Shown: positions 1 to 12,522, counted from the stretch's first letter. The stretch is 64,000 nt of DNA from an uncultured bacterium (GCA_963736365.1 CAVTOM010000001.1:15758-79757); one strand, 5' to 3'. Numbers and translations: made by a program. The notes: generated from the sequence alone by a model not told the origin.

Positions 1-1
1 C

Positions 2-250
2 CCGCCCGTCAAGGGAGCCAGCATCGGGTGGGACGGCACGAAGGCGATCGTCGGCGGCCTGGCCGTCGGGGGCCCTGCTGACAAGGCTGGACTCAAGCTC
101 GGCGACGTCGTGACCGCCGTCGACGGCACACCCGTCACCACACGCGACGAGTTCTGCGCCTCCACGACGGGGCCGGATCCCAAGACGATCACCACCGCCG
201 CAGGAACGTTCGACGCCGCGCTCATCGACAACTTCTTCACCAAGCAGTAG
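2..250 (+). CDS. PDZ domain-containing protein, C-terminal fragment (5' end outside window)
   Basis: Frame 2 is open from the window edge to TAG 248-250. The translation ...GGLAVGGPADKAGLKLGDVVTAVDGTPVTTRDEF... has the GLxxGDV(V/I)xxV(D/N)G pattern typical of PDZ domains. Confidence 0.6.
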   Translation, partial: PPVKGASIGWDGTKAIVGGLAVGGPADKAGLKLGDVVTAVDGTPVTTRDEFCASTTGPDPKTITTAAGTFDAALIDNFFTKQ

Positions 251-462
251 TCAGGGCTCACCCGATGGTGGGTACACGCCGTGCGCCGCGGTTCCAGGGG
301 GCGCCGATGCGGCATCGTCACTAGGGTGAATGACGACTCGGTGAACGAAGAGGCCGCACGAACCGAATGAGGAAGCCCAGGGATGCCAGCCCACCCTGAC
401 CATGCGTTGCCGAACTAGCTCGACGCCCTGGACGACCCATCACCACCTCAAAGGAGAACACC

Positions 463-681
463 GTGGATCCGAAGATCGAGGACGCAGCAGGACGCATGAA
501 GGAAGCGGCAGGCACGCTCACGGGCAACGACGACCTCAAGGCCGAGGGCGCTGCCGATCAAGCCTCTGCCCAGGCGCACGAGGCCATCAATGAGGCGGCC
601 GACAAGGCCAAGGGCCTGGTCGAGGGTGTCACCAACGCCGCGGAGGGCGCCATCGACGCCGTCAAGGACAAGCTGTCGTAG
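463..681 (+). CDS. CsbD family general stress protein
   Basis: ORF-track 72 aa. GTG start at 463 is preceded by AAAGGAG. The sequence KEAAGTLTGNDDLKAEGAADQA...ADKAKG is the CsbD-like pattern. Confidence 0.85.
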   Translation: MDPKIEDAAGRMKEAAGTLTGNDDLKAEGAADQASAQAHEAINEAADKAKGLVEGVTNAAEGAIDAVKDKLS

Positions 682-771
682 GCAGCAGGGCTGCGGAGGC
701 CTCGTCCATGGCTCCGCCTCGTGGGATGGCCTCCCCGCGACGCCTCAGTCGACCATGAGAGGGGTGCCGGC

Positions 772-1884
772 ATGAGCGCCACGTTGCCGAGCCGAACGAC
801 TATCGGCGCCGGGATCGTCGGGTTCACGGCGGGCCTGAGCTGGGCCGCCCGCGCGCACGTCCCGGCGTTGACCGCCCTGCCTGGCTACGAGGTGGTCGGG
901 GTGGCGAACAGCACGGCCGACTCCTCGGCTGCTGCCTCGCGGGAGCTGGGGATCGCCACCGTCCACGAGTCCGTGCAGGACCTCGTGCGCGATCCCTCGG
1001 TCGACCTGGTGGCCGTCACCGTCAAGGTGCCGCACCATCGCGGACTGGTCGCCGCGGCCCTCGAGGCGGGCACGATGGTCTACTGCGAGTGGCCGCTGGG
1101 CACCGGGCTCGCGGAAGCCGAGGACATGGCCACGCAGGCGCGCGCGGCCGGTGTACGGACGGCGGTCGGGCTGCAGGCCCGGTCCGCGCCGACCATCCGC
1201 TTCGTCCGCGACCTCGTGCGCGACGGCTACGTGGGCGAGGTGCTCTCCACGACGCTGGTCGGCGCGAGCGGCAGCATGGGTGCGGCCGAGCGTGAGCACC
1301 TCGTGTACCTGAACGACGCCGCCAGCGGTGCGAACGTGCTCACGATCCCGTTCGGCCACGCGATCGACGCCCTGTGCTGGGTGCTGGGCGAGTTCGTCGA
1401 GGTCTCGGCCACGGTGGCGACCCGTCGACCCACCTACGTCGTCATCGAGACGCAGGAGGTGCGCACCCGCACCATCGCCGACCAGGTCGTCGTGAGCGGG
1501 GTCCTGACCAGCGGAGTCGTGGTGTCCGCGCACTACCGCGGCGGGTCCACACGTGGCACGCACCTGCGGTGGGAGATCAACGGCACCGAGGGCGACCTCG
1601 AGATCACCGCGCCGTCGGGGAACCTGCAGGCGGCGGAGCTCACCCTGCGAGGCGGACGAGGGGACCAGACGTCGCTGTCCGTCCTGCCCGTGCCCGCCGG
1701 GTACCGAACGGTCCCGGATGTCGTGAGCGGCGTGGCGCTCAACGTGGCCGAGGCCTACGCCCGCTTCGCCGAGGGTCCCTCGGCTCTCGACCCGGTGCCG
1801 GACTTCGACGACGCCGTCGTCAGGCACCGGCTCCTCGATGCCATCGAGCGCAGCGCCGCATCGGGCATGCGCGTCCTGCTGTAG
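772..1884 (+). CDS. Gfo/Idh/MocA family oxidoreductase
   Basis: ORF 721-1884 with an in-frame ATG at 772. It has an N-terminal Rossmann-like IGAGIVGF and the DLVAVTVKVPHH...EWPLG motifs of the family. Confidence 0.85.
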   Translation: MSATLPSRTTIGAGIVGFTAGLSWAARAHVPALTALPGYEVVGVANSTADSSAAASRELGIATVHESVQDLVRDPSVDLVAVTVKVPHHRGLVAAALEAGTMVYCEWPLGTGLAEAEDMATQARAAGVRTAVGLQARSAPTIRFVRDLVRDGYVGEVLSTTLVGASGSMGAAEREHLVYLNDAASGANVLTIPFGHAIDALCWVLGEFVEVSATVATRRPTYVVIETQEVRTRTIADQVVVSGVLTSGVVVSAHYRGGSTRGTHLRWEINGTEGDLEITAPSGNLQAAELTLRGGRGDQTSLSVLPVPAGYRTVPDVVSGVALNVAEAYARFAEGPSALDPVPDFDDAVVRHRLLDAIERSAASGMRVLL

Positions 1885-1960
1885 GCGGGGCACGCCGCCT
1901 CCGCCCGCGAGAGTCAGCGTGGCGACGCGGCTATCGTGAGGTGGATCGAGCGGAGTCGAC

Positions 1961-3374
1961 ATGAGGCGCCTGGGCGCTGTTGCGGTAGCGGTGCTTCTTC
2001 TGGTGTCGTCCGCGCCCACCGCGCACGCTGACGCAGGGCCGTCGGCCGACTACGAGAGCGCCTACCGGATCGGTCGGCAGGCCTACCTGTACGGCCTGCC
2101 GCTGCTGACGACGAACCAGACCTTCCTGACCATGACCAGCACGAACGTCCCCCAGGGCGCGTACGGACCGGTCAACCACGTCAACAGCGTGCGCAGCGCC
2201 AACACCGCGTCGAGCACGGCCGTGGTGGCGCCCGGGGCCAGCAGCCTGTCGTCGATCGCGTGGCTCGACCTGACCGCAGGAGCCCAGGTCCTGCACGTGC
2301 CGAAGGTCACGGACCGTGCCTTCGTGCTCGCCCTGCTCGACCCGTACACGACGAACCTCGTCAACCTCGGCTCGGCGTCCGGCACCGCGCCCGGTGACTA
2401 CGTCATCCGCTACGGCGGGCAGCGCTCCGTCGCCGATCCCGAGGGGCACGCACGCCGTCAACGTCGACTACAGCCGCATCTGGATGATCGGCTCGACCCA
2501 GCTCAAGGGGCCCGGCGACGTCGCCGCCGTCAACGCGGTCCAGGACGGCTACACCCTCACGCCACTCTCGGACTTCGTGGCCGGCACCACACCATCGCTG
2601 CCGGCGCCGACACAGCCGACGATCACCCCGTCCGCGATGCCCTCCGGTGTCGCCTTCTTCGACACCCTGGGCCAGCTCCTCGCGCAGTTCCCTCCGCCGG
2701 CTCGCGATGCTCCCGCCCTGCGCTCCTTCGCCACGGTCGGCGTCGGCCCGGGAATGGCGCCGTCGAGCGATCCACTTCTCAGTGCCGACACGCTGCAGGG
2801 CCTGGCAGACGCTGTGGCCGATGGACCGGCGCTTGTGAAGGAGGCGACGGCAGCGCTCCTGCGGACCGACTACCCCCACCACAACGGCTACCTCCTCGGC
2901 GGGTTCGGGCGCTACGGCACCGACTACACGGAGCGCGCGGTGATCTCACAGATCGGGCTCGGGGCCTTCACTCCAGGTCAGGCCATCTACGCGATGACGT
3001 GGATCGACCACGCGAAGGCGGCACTGGATGGGTCGCAGCGCTACGTACTGCACCTGCCGAAGGCGCCGCCCTCTCGCGAGGGCTGGTCACTGACGCTGTA
3101 CAGCCTCCGTGGTGGCCTGATGGCGAACCCGATCAACCGGTACGCGTTCACCGATACGTCCCTGCTGACCCGCAACCGCGATGGCTCGGTGGACATCTAC
3201 CTCCAGGCGACGGCTCCCGCGAGGGCCTCACAGCGGCGCAACTGGCTGCCCGTGACGGCCGGCCAGGGCTTCGAGGTGACCTGGCGCCTCTTCGCGCCCG
3301 ACCGCACCGACATCCCCGGCATCCTGTCCGGCTCGGGCTGGCAGCCACCGGTCGTCACCCGCGTCGGTCCCTGA
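1961..3374 (+). pseudogene. Secreted DUF1254/DUF1214 domain protein, frameshifted
   Basis: A signal peptide (MRRLGAVAVAVLLLVSSAPTAHA) and YLYGLPLL... lie in ORF 1961-. The homologous sequence continues in the ORF 2316-3374 frame (..VDYSRIWMIGSTQLKG.. ..NWLPV..). The frames join only with a 1-nt shift near 2420-2445. Confidence 0.75.
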
Positions 3375-3377
3375 GCG

Positions 3378-3917
3378 TCAGCGGGGGCTGACCAGGACAT
3401 ACAGGCCTGGCCCGGGCCAGTAGTCCGCCAGGGCGACGGTGCGTCCGTCCTCGTCGGTGATGGCGCACGGCGGGCCCTCCCGATCGGGCGTCGTCAGGCA
3501 GTCAGGGATGTCGATGGTCCAGCCGGCCCTGGCGACGTTGTCCGCGACGATCGGCGTGTACTCGCGATCGACCTCGAAACTCAGGTACGGGCAGACGTCC
3601 ATGCACAGGACGCTTCCGCCGGAGTTGTAGAACGGCAACGTCTCGATCGGGGCATCGGCGTACGGCGTCCCCGACACGAGGAGCTGAGCGGTCTCCTGCA
3701 TGTGGCTGATCGACCGCGCGGTTGCCACGTTCAGGGCAAGCTGGCAGCCGCCGAAGAGCAGCAGCGGCAGGCCGATCAGCACGGCCACGACCACGAGCGG
3801 GCGCACCCACCGGCGAGGGGGTCGACGCTCCGATCGAGGGAACGACCACTCACTGGATGCCGGCGGCCGACTCGCGGGTCTGCCGGGGATCGGGGTGGAA
3901 TCCGAGGACGATGCCAT
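3378..3917 (-). CDS. Hypothetical membrane-anchored protein
   Basis: ORF-track 179 aa. It has one hydrophobic segment (VVVAVLIGLPLLLFGG) followed by a Cys-containing extracytoplasmic region. I recognise no family. Confidence 0.5.
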   Translation of the reverse strand: MASSSDSTPIPGRPASRPPASSEWSFPRSERRPPRRWVRPLVVVAVLIGLPLLLFGGCQLALNVATARSISHMQETAQLLVSGTPYADAPIETLPFYNSGGSVLCMDVCPYLSFEVDREYTPIVADNVARAGWTIDIPDCLTTPDREGPPCAITDEDGRTVALADYWPGPGLYVLVSPR

Positions 3918-4021
3918 GGCAACCCCCTTGCCTCACTGCCAGTGTCGCACCGGGACGCGGGGGAGTCGACGCGCGAGGACGGGCGTCCGGGTAGCCGGGC
4001 GCGAGTCGGCAGCAGGAGCCG

Positions 4022-4783
4022 TCAGGCCACCCTGCGGCGAAAGGCCATCATCGCGAGGACGTAGGCGACGGCGAGGATCGCCAGGCACCAGGCGAGGGCG
4101 ATCCAGATGTCCGTGCTCACCGGCTGCTGGGTCACGAGGGCGCGGATCGCGTTGACGATCGGGGTGACCGGCTGGTTCTCGGCGAAGGCGCGCACCGGCC
4201 CGGGCATGGTCGCGGTCAGCACGAAGGCTGAGCTGATGAACGGCAGCAGGATCAGCGGGTACGAGAAGGCACTGGCGCCGTCCACCGTACGCGCCGAGAG
4301 CCCGGCGACCACAGCGAGCCAGGTCAGCGCCAGCGTCAGCAGCAGCAGGATGCCGACGATCGCCAGCCATGTGAGCGGACCGGCACTCGACCGGAAGCCC
4401 ATGAGGACGGCGACGATGATCACGAGCGCCAGTGAGATCGAGGTGGCGACGAGGGACGTCAGCACGTGCGCCCAGAGCACCGACGAGCGCGCGATGGGCA
4501 TCGACCGCAGGCGCCCGACGATCCCGCTCGACATGTCCTGGAACAGGCGGAACGCGGTGTACGAGATGCTCGAGGCGATCGTGATGATCAGGATGCCGGG
4601 CAGCAGGTAGGTGACGTACGGCTCCGGACCGGCGTTGATGGACCCGCCGAACACGTAGACGAACAGCAGCATGAAGGCGATCGGCATCAGGGTCGTGGTG
4701 ATGATCGTGTCGGGGCTGCGGACGATGTGCCGCAGGGACCGACCCGTCAGCAGGGCGGTGTCCTCGAGGGCGTGCGTGCTCAT
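4022..4783 (-). CDS. ABC-2 type transporter permease (DrrB-like)
   Basis: ORF-track 253 aa with about 6 hydrophobic segments. The N-terminus ...LTGRSLRHIVRSPDTIITTTLMPIAFMLLFVYVFGG is typical of ABC-2 exporters. It lies directly downstream of an ABC ATPase. Confidence 0.85.
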   Translation of the reverse strand: MSTHALEDTALLTGRSLRHIVRSPDTIITTTLMPIAFMLLFVYVFGGSINAGPEPYVTYLLPGILIITIASSISYTAFRLFQDMSSGIVGRLRSMPIARSSVLWAHVLTSLVATSISLALVIIVAVLMGFRSSAGPLTWLAIVGILLLLTLALTWLAVVAGLSARTVDGASAFSYPLILLPFISSAFVLTATMPGPVRAFAENQPVTPIVNAIRALVTQQPVSTDIWIALAWCLAILAVAYVLAMMAFRRRVA

Positions 4784-4793
4784 GGCGTTCTCC

Positions 4794-5601
4794 TCAGTGG
4801 TGCGCGGGGTCGACTGCAGGCGTGGCGGGGCCGGCGTGGGCGCCGATGATCGCGAGGAAGACCTCCTCGAGGGTCGGCTGCCGCTCGACGTACTCCACGG
4901 TGGCCGGGGGCAGCAGCGCCTTCAGCTCGGCGAGGGTGCCGTTCGCGATGATCCGACCCTCGTGCAGGATCGCGATCCTGTCGGCGAGCTGCTCGGCCTC
5001 GTCCAGGTACTGCGTGGTCAGCAGCACGGTCGTGCCCTGCCCGGCCAGCTGCCGGATGCTGCTCCAGACCTCGAGGCGCGACTGCGGGTCGAGCCCGGTG
5101 GTGGGCTCGTCCAGGAAGATGACCTCGGGGTCCCCGATGAGGCTCATCGCGATGTCGAGCCGGCGACGCATCCCACCGGAGTAGGTGGCCACCCGTCGAT
5201 CGGCCGCGTCGGCCAGCTGGAACCGGGCCAGCAGATCGGCCGCCACGTCGCGCTGGACCCACCACGTGGCGCAGTCGCGCCATGAGGACGAGGTTCTCGC
5301 GTCCCGTGAGGATCTCATCGACGGCTGCGAACTGCCCGGTGAGGCTGATGGCCTCGCGCACGCGTGCCGGCTGGGTGCCGACGTCGAGGCCCACGACGCT
5401 GGCGGTCCCGGCATCGGCCCGCAGCAGCGTCGACAGGATGTTGACGACCGTCGTCTTGCCGGCGCCGTTCGAGCCCAGGAGCGCAAACACGCTGCCGCGC
5501 TCGACGTCGAAGTCGACACCGCGCAGGACGTCCACGTCCTTGAACGACTTCTCCAGGTCCCGAACGTGCAGGGCCGGGGACGTGAGCGTGTGAGCCGTCA
5601 T
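4794..5601 (-). pseudogene. ABC transporter ATP-binding protein (DrrA-like), frameshifted
   Basis: Walker A (GSNGAGKTT) is in the ORF 4780-5601 frame. The signature and Walker B ([12 protein letters not shown]...[12 protein letters not shown]) are in the ORF 4794-5519 frame. The junction is near 5255-5265. The start ATG shares an ATGA overlap with the upstream gene's stop. Confidence 0.85.
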
Positions 5602-5975
5602 GAGCCCGACTCCTGTACCCGTTCAGCAGTGTCGATCGCGGCGCTGAGGCGGGACTTCTCCTTGTCGATCCACCTCTTGCCGGCATATGCCTGCACGAAC
5701 GCATCCGCGAACTCGACCGGATCCTCTCCGACGATCGTGCGCACGGGCGTGCCATCCGTCACGGCCCGCTCCCACAGGTCCACGAAGTCGCCCATCATCG
5801 TGACAGCGACATCCCCGTCCATCACGGCGCCGCCGTTGTACATGAAGTACCGGTACAACGCCTTCGCCGCAGAGCCGTACGGCTCAGGCAAGGCGTCAAT
5901 GCGAGACTTGTACTGCCGGTATTGCCTCTTCTGCTCGAGCGAGCCGGTCACCAGTTCGATCCACTTTGCGGCCAT
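5598..5975 (-). CDS. DUF1048 domain protein (PadR-associated)
   Basis: ORF-track 125 aa (..KRQYRQYKSRIDALPEPYGSAAKAL..). It occupies the usual position between PadR and the ABC exporter genes. Confidence 0.8.
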   Translation of the reverse strand: MAAKWIELVTGSLEQKRQYRQYKSRIDALPEPYGSAAKALYRYFMYNGGAVMDGDVAVTMMGDFVDLWERAVTDGTPVRTIVGEDPVEFADAFVQAYAGKRWIDKEKSRLSAAIDTAERVQESGS

Positions 5976-5976
5976 G

Positions 5977-6306
5977 TCAGTTCCCTTCGTGGCGGAGCGT
6001 GTCCAGTTGCTCTGAGAGGAAGCTCCACGTCCTCCAGAACTCGTCCAGGTAGTCGCGTCCCGTGTCGTTCAGGGAGTAGACCTTGCGCGGCGGGCCCTTC
6101 TCGGACGCGACCTTCTCGACGTCGACGAGGCCGCGCTGCTCGATGCGGATGAGCAGGGCGTAGACGGTGCCCTCGGCGATGTCGGAGAAGCCGCGCTCGC
6201 GCAGCCACGCGGTGATCTCGTATCCGTATGCGGACCGGCCGGCCAGGATCGCCAGCACGATGCCCTCGAGCGTGCCCTTGAGCATCTCGGTCTCCTGCTT
6301 GCCCAC
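5977..6306 (-). CDS. PadR family transcriptional regulator
   Basis: ORF-track 109 aa. LKGTLEGIVLAILA...YGYEI...GTVYALLIRIEQRGLV...RKVYSLNDTG is the PadR winged-helix pattern. Confidence 0.9.
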   Translation of the reverse strand: MGKQETEMLKGTLEGIVLAILAGRSAYGYEITAWLRERGFSDIAEGTVYALLIRIEQRGLVDVEKVASEKGPPRKVYSLNDTGRDYLDEFWRTWSFLSEQLDTLRHEGN

Positions 6307-6317
6307 GGGGCCCTCCC

Positions 6318-6372
6318 ATCACTACTCAGTGTTACTGACTACAGGTACACAGTAGCACTAAGTACTGACGAC
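6318..6372. promoter_or_regulatory. Candidate PadR/OsmC divergent promoter-operator segment (locally AT-rich, repeated TACTGAC)
   Basis: A 55-nt stretch of clearly lower GC sits 12 nt upstream of the padR start. TACTGAC occurs at 6333-6339 and 6363-6369, spaced 30 nt apart, with several GTAC cores. Confidence 0.3.
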
Positions 6373-6451
6373 GCAAGCACCCCTCCTTGCCGTGGCGGCG
6401 CCGTGACACGTAGCGTCGGTCCGACCCGACACGGCGACCAAGGAGTGGACG

Positions 6452-6874
6452 ATGGCGACAACGCGACGCGCGCAGGCCCAGTGGAACGGCAGTCTCATGG
6501 AGGGCTCGGGTCAGGTGACCTTCCAGTCGTCCGACCTCGGGACCTTCCCCGTGACGTGGGCGGCTCGCTCCGCCGAGCCGAACGGGGTGACCAGCCCCGA
6601 GGAGCTGATCGCGGCGGCCCACTCGACCTGCTTCTCGATGGCGCTGTCCAACGGCCTGGCGAAGGCCGGGACCCCGCCGACCAGCCTCGAGACCAGCGCC
6701 GAGGTCGACTTCCAGCCGGGCACCGGCATCACCGAGATCCGCATCTCCGTCCGCGGTGACGTCCCCGGACTCGACGCCGACGGCTTCCGCGCCGCCGCCG
6801 AGGCGGCCAAGGAGGGCTGCCCGGTCAGCCAGGCGCTCAAGGCGGTGCCGATCGTCCTCACCGTGCTCGACTGA
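6452..6874 (+). CDS. OsmC family peroxiredoxin
   Basis: ORF-track 140 aa. ATG 6452 follows AAGGAG. ...SPEELIAAAHSTCFSMAL...EGCPVSQAL carries the two conserved Cys motifs of OsmC/Ohr. Confidence 0.9.
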   Translation: MATTRRAQAQWNGSLMEGSGQVTFQSSDLGTFPVTWAARSAEPNGVTSPEELIAAAHSTCFSMALSNGLAKAGTPPTSLETSAEVDFQPGTGITEIRISVRGDVPGLDADGFRAAAEAAKEGCPVSQALKAVPIVLTVLD

Positions 6875-7021
6875 TCGTCCTGCTCGCCCGTTCGTCGAGA
6901 CTCAACGACCACCGGAGCGACTGACCGCGATCGCCACCTCCAGCGGATGCATCAGCCCCGCCGTCGGACGACACTGGCAGGGAGCCGCCCGCGCGGCGGC
7001 CACCGACAAGGAGGTCCCACC

Positions 7022-7183
7022 ATGACGTACCACGAGGAACTGATGGTCCACCCGCCGAAGATGGCGGAGATGGCCGGTGGGGTCGTCGAGGCGGAGGGGC
7101 ACGGCACTCCCGTCACGTCGCAGGACGGCATCGGCACGGTCCCGGCCGGCCTCGCGGCGCTGGAGGCCGAGACCGAGGAGTAG
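7022..7183 (+). CDS. Small acidic hypothetical protein (53 aa)
   Basis: ATG 7022 is preceded by a strong AAGGAGG at about 7-nt spacing. Third codon positions are almost all G/C, as in real genes here. I recognise no family. Confidence 0.45.
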   Translation: MTYHEELMVHPPKMAEMAGGVVEAEGHGTPVTSQDGIGTVPAGLAALEAETEE

Positions 7184-7221
7184 CGACGAGCCTCGGGGGA
7201 GCGGCGCGTCGGCGGGGGAGT

Positions 7222-9606
<2,385 letters not shown>

Positions 9607-9646
9607 GGCGCCTCCTCGTGGACCGGCGGGTGCTGGGGCGTGCAGG

Positions 9647-10045
9647 CTACGCCTGCGCGACGCGCACGAGGTTGCCCGAGGGGTCGCGCACCGCGCAGTC
9701 GCGGGCTCCCCACGGCTGGCTGGCGGGCTCCTGCAGCACCTCGACTCCGGAGGCGCGCAGTGTCTCGAAGGTGGCGTCGAGGTCGTCGGTGCGGAAGATC
9801 GCCGCCTGCAGCGACCCCTGCGTCACGAGAGCCAGCAGGGCATCGCCCTCAGCCTGGGAGCGGCCTCCGTGGGGCTGGAACAGGACGATGTCGACGTCCT
9901 GGCCGGGCGTCCCGACGGTGACCCACCGGAAGCCGCCGGAGGCCACGTCGTTGCGGACCTCGAGCCCGAGGGCGTCGCGGTAGAAGCCGAGCGCGGCGTC
10001 GGGGTCGTGGACGGGGATGAACATGTGGGAGACGGAAGTGGTCAT
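9647..10045 (-). CDS. VOC (glyoxalase/bleomycin-resistance) family protein
   Basis: ORF-track 132 aa. ...HMFIPVHDPDAALGFYRDALGLEV... and ...RDCAVRDPSGNLVRV are typical VOC beta-alpha-beta-beta-beta modules. Confidence 0.85.
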   Translation of the reverse strand: MTTSVSHMFIPVHDPDAALGFYRDALGLEVRNDVASGGFRWVTVGTPGQDVDIVLFQPHGGRSQAEGDALLALVTQGSLQAAIFRTDDLDATFETLRASGVEVLQEPASQPWGARDCAVRDPSGNLVRVAQA

Positions 10046-10133
10046 GGCAGGACAGTAGGGCGCAGCTGGCCCGGCGTGCTTCTTCGATCCTGCTCGGTCC
10101 GTCAGTCCTGCCGAGGAGTCGTCTGGGCCTCGC

Positions 10134-10547
10134 CTACGTGGCGGGTACGCGGTCGCGGCGCGGACGGGAGGCGACCTGGCTGACGCACGCGGGGACGGCC
10201 TCGTGATCGCGATGGTCGCGCGCCCGGTACTGCGATGGGGTCTCGCCGACGATCTCGGTGAAGCGGGAGCTGAACGAGCCGAGCGACGTGCAGCCGACCG
10301 CGACGCAGGTGTCCGTCACGGACATCCCCTGGCGCAGGAGGGCCTGCGCGCGCTCGATCCGCCGCGTCATGAGGTAGGCGTACGGGGTCTCACCGTAGGC
10401 GGCGCGGAACTTGCGCGAGAAGTGGGCCGGCGACATGAGCGCGGCCCGTGCCATCGCGGGGACGTCGAGCGGCTGTGCGTACTCGCGGTCCATGAAGTCG
10501 CGCGCCCGGCGCACGTGCGCGAGGTTGGCCAGGTCCTCAGGCGACAT
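10134..10547 (-). CDS. AraC family transcriptional regulator (HTH-only type)
   Basis: ORF-track 137 aa. ...LMSPAHFSRKFRAAYGETPYAYLMTRRIERAQALL...SVTDTCVAVGCTSLGSFSSRF is the double-HTH AraC signature. Confidence 0.85.
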   Translation of the reverse strand: MSPEDLANLAHVRRARDFMDREYAQPLDVPAMARAALMSPAHFSRKFRAAYGETPYAYLMTRRIERAQALLRQGMSVTDTCVAVGCTSLGSFSSRFTEIVGETPSQYRARDHRDHEAVPACVSQVASRPRRDRVPAT

Positions 10548-10580
10548 GCGTCGAGGCTACACAGGCGCGGGGACGGTGCG

Positions 10581-10976
10581 TCAAGGTCGGGCGGCCTCGG
10601 GCGCGCGGCCCGCGACGTCGTCGACATCCGCGAACCGGAGGGCGAGTTCGGTCTGGATCTCGGCGTGCCTCAGCAGGAAGGATCGCTCGTCTAGGCGCTT
10701 GCGGCGCATCCATGCGGTGACCTCGTCATTGGACTTGCTGGCGTTGCAGGACGCGCACGCGGGCGCGATGTTGTCGAGCGTGTACCTGCCTCCGCGCGAG
10801 ATCGCCATGACGCAGTCGCGCTGCAGCGCCGCGTCGGGGTCCCCGCAGTAGGCGCAGCCGCCCCACGCCTCCTGCAGCGCGCGCCACTGCTCGGGGCTCA
10901 GGTCGTGCTCCACGCGGGCCATGCGTCGCTTGCGCCTGCGTGCGGCACGCGCCCTGCGGCTCCGGTCGACGGCCAT
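10581..10976 (-). CDS. HNH endonuclease
   Basis: The ORF 10581-11006 frame has CAYCG...ISRGGRYTLDNIAPACASCNASKSN, an HNH/Cys-box pattern. The start is chosen at MAVDRS (10976), but MARVEH (10922) is equally possible. Confidence 0.75.
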   Translation of the reverse strand: MAVDRSRRARAARRRKRRMARVEHDLSPEQWRALQEAWGGCAYCGDPDAALQRDCVMAISRGGRYTLDNIAPACASCNASKSNDEVTAWMRRKRLDERSFLLRHAEIQTELALRFADVDDVAGRAPEAARP

Positions 10977-11081
10977 GCGCCCACAGTACGAAGCGTCAGG
11001 CGGCAAACCCGGCTGCCACGCGCCGGTGAGTCGACTGGAACTGCGGGCTCCGGGGATGAGACGCGGCCGGCTCGCCGACGG

Positions 11082-12522
11082 TCACGGTTCGGGTGTCGGT
11101 GTCCCCACGGCAGGGTTCGCGGCCAGGTACGCGACGAGCAGGCCGTGGTCATGCTCGGTGATGCCGGCGTAGGCGAGGGCGAAGTCGGCAACGGCGTCGT
11201 CGAAGGCGTCGTCGTCGCCCAGGTAGCCGGCCACCAGGGACGAGTCGCCCACCCGCGCGTGCGCCCGGGCCAGCAGGGCACCGCAGACGGCCGCGTAGTC
11301 CACGAGGGCGTCGCCGTCCAGCAGCGCGACGTCGATCGAGCCCTTGAGGTCGCGCAGCTGCCGGACGTAGAAGTCGACGGGGAGCTGCTGGCCCCCGCTC
11401 ATCCACCCGAGGAACGGGTCGCCGGCGGCCTGCATGACGCGCTGCCCGACCACGACTCGCTTCCCGGCGTTCCGGAACCGACTGGCCCCCAGGTACGGCT
11501 CGAGCACGGAGGCGTTGGCCTGCTTGATCTGCAGGATGAGCGGCTCCCCATCGCCGCTCTCGAGCAGCAGGACCAGGGCGAGGGTGCCCACGCTGCCGAC
11601 CCCGACCACCTTGTGGGCGAGGTCGATGAAGGAGTAGTGAGCCAGGAGGGCGAGCCGGTCGGGGGCGAGCGTCCGCAGGTAGGCCTCGTAGCGCGGAGCA
11701 AGCCCGGCGATGACGGCGTCGCGCTGGTCCGCGGGGACGGGGATGAGCAGGGGCGGCTGCGACCGGAATCGGCGGGTGCCGTCGACCACCTCGGTCAGCT
11801 TGTTCACCGCGGTGTCGCCCGTGCTGCGCCGCGACTTGGCCGTTGCCTTCTCCATGACGTCCTTGAGGTGGGACTTCCCGAGCTGCGCGAGGAGGAAGTC
11901 GGCATCCACCTTGACGTTCCACGCGTCCATGCGGCGCATGCCGCTCATGTACGCCGTCACCGAGCGATAGGCACCGGCGGCGGCGCGCGCCGTGCGTCGT
12001 GCCCGCTTGTCGGACGCGCCGCGCACGCGCGCGGCCACCGCGGCGCTCGCGGCGAGGCGGCGCACGTCCCAGTCGAAGGGCCCGGGAAGCGTCTCGTCGA
12101 AGTCGTTCACGTCGAAGACGAGCGTCCGCTCCGCCGAGGCGAACATGCCGAAGTTCGAGAGGTGGGCGTCCCCGCACAGCTGCACGGCGATTCCGCTCGT
12201 CGGAAGGCGGCTGAGGTCGGAGGCCATGATCGCGGCGGCACCTCGCAGGAATGCGAAGGGGTCGGCGGCCATCCGCTCGTAGCGCAGCGGCACGAGGAAC
12301 GGCTCGCGGACGGACTCCTGCGTCCGCAGGATCGCGATCGGGTCGGGGCGATCCGCCAGCGTCTGGCGGCGTGGCGAGCGCGGCCCGCGGCACCTGCTCG
12401 CGTCGCGCGCGGCCCTCGGCGGCCCGCCGGTCCCGCGTGGGCCGTCGCTGCGACAGGAAGGTCGCTGAGTCGACCCGGAACTCGGGTCCTTCCATCGGGT
12501 CCACGGATTCTGTGGCGCTCAT
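11082..12522 (-). pseudogene. DUF2252 domain protein, frameshifted
   Basis: The C-terminal 403 aa (LVPLRYERMAADPFAFLRGAA...CGDAHLSNFG...) is in ORF 11082-12293. The N-terminus (MSATESVD...GRARREQVPRAALA) is in another frame starting at 12522. ...DRPDPIAILRTQESVREPF reads in the C-terminal frame. The junction is near 12340-12360. Confidence 0.8.

Noticed and set aside
10581-10976. HNH endonuclease as a marker of a mobile element, homing endonuclease or defence system.
   Set aside because: It is a stand-alone small HNH gene. It has no adjacent methyltransferase, integrase, terminase, intein/intron context or flanking repeats, and the neighbouring genes are ordinary. There is insufficient evidence for mobility or a system.
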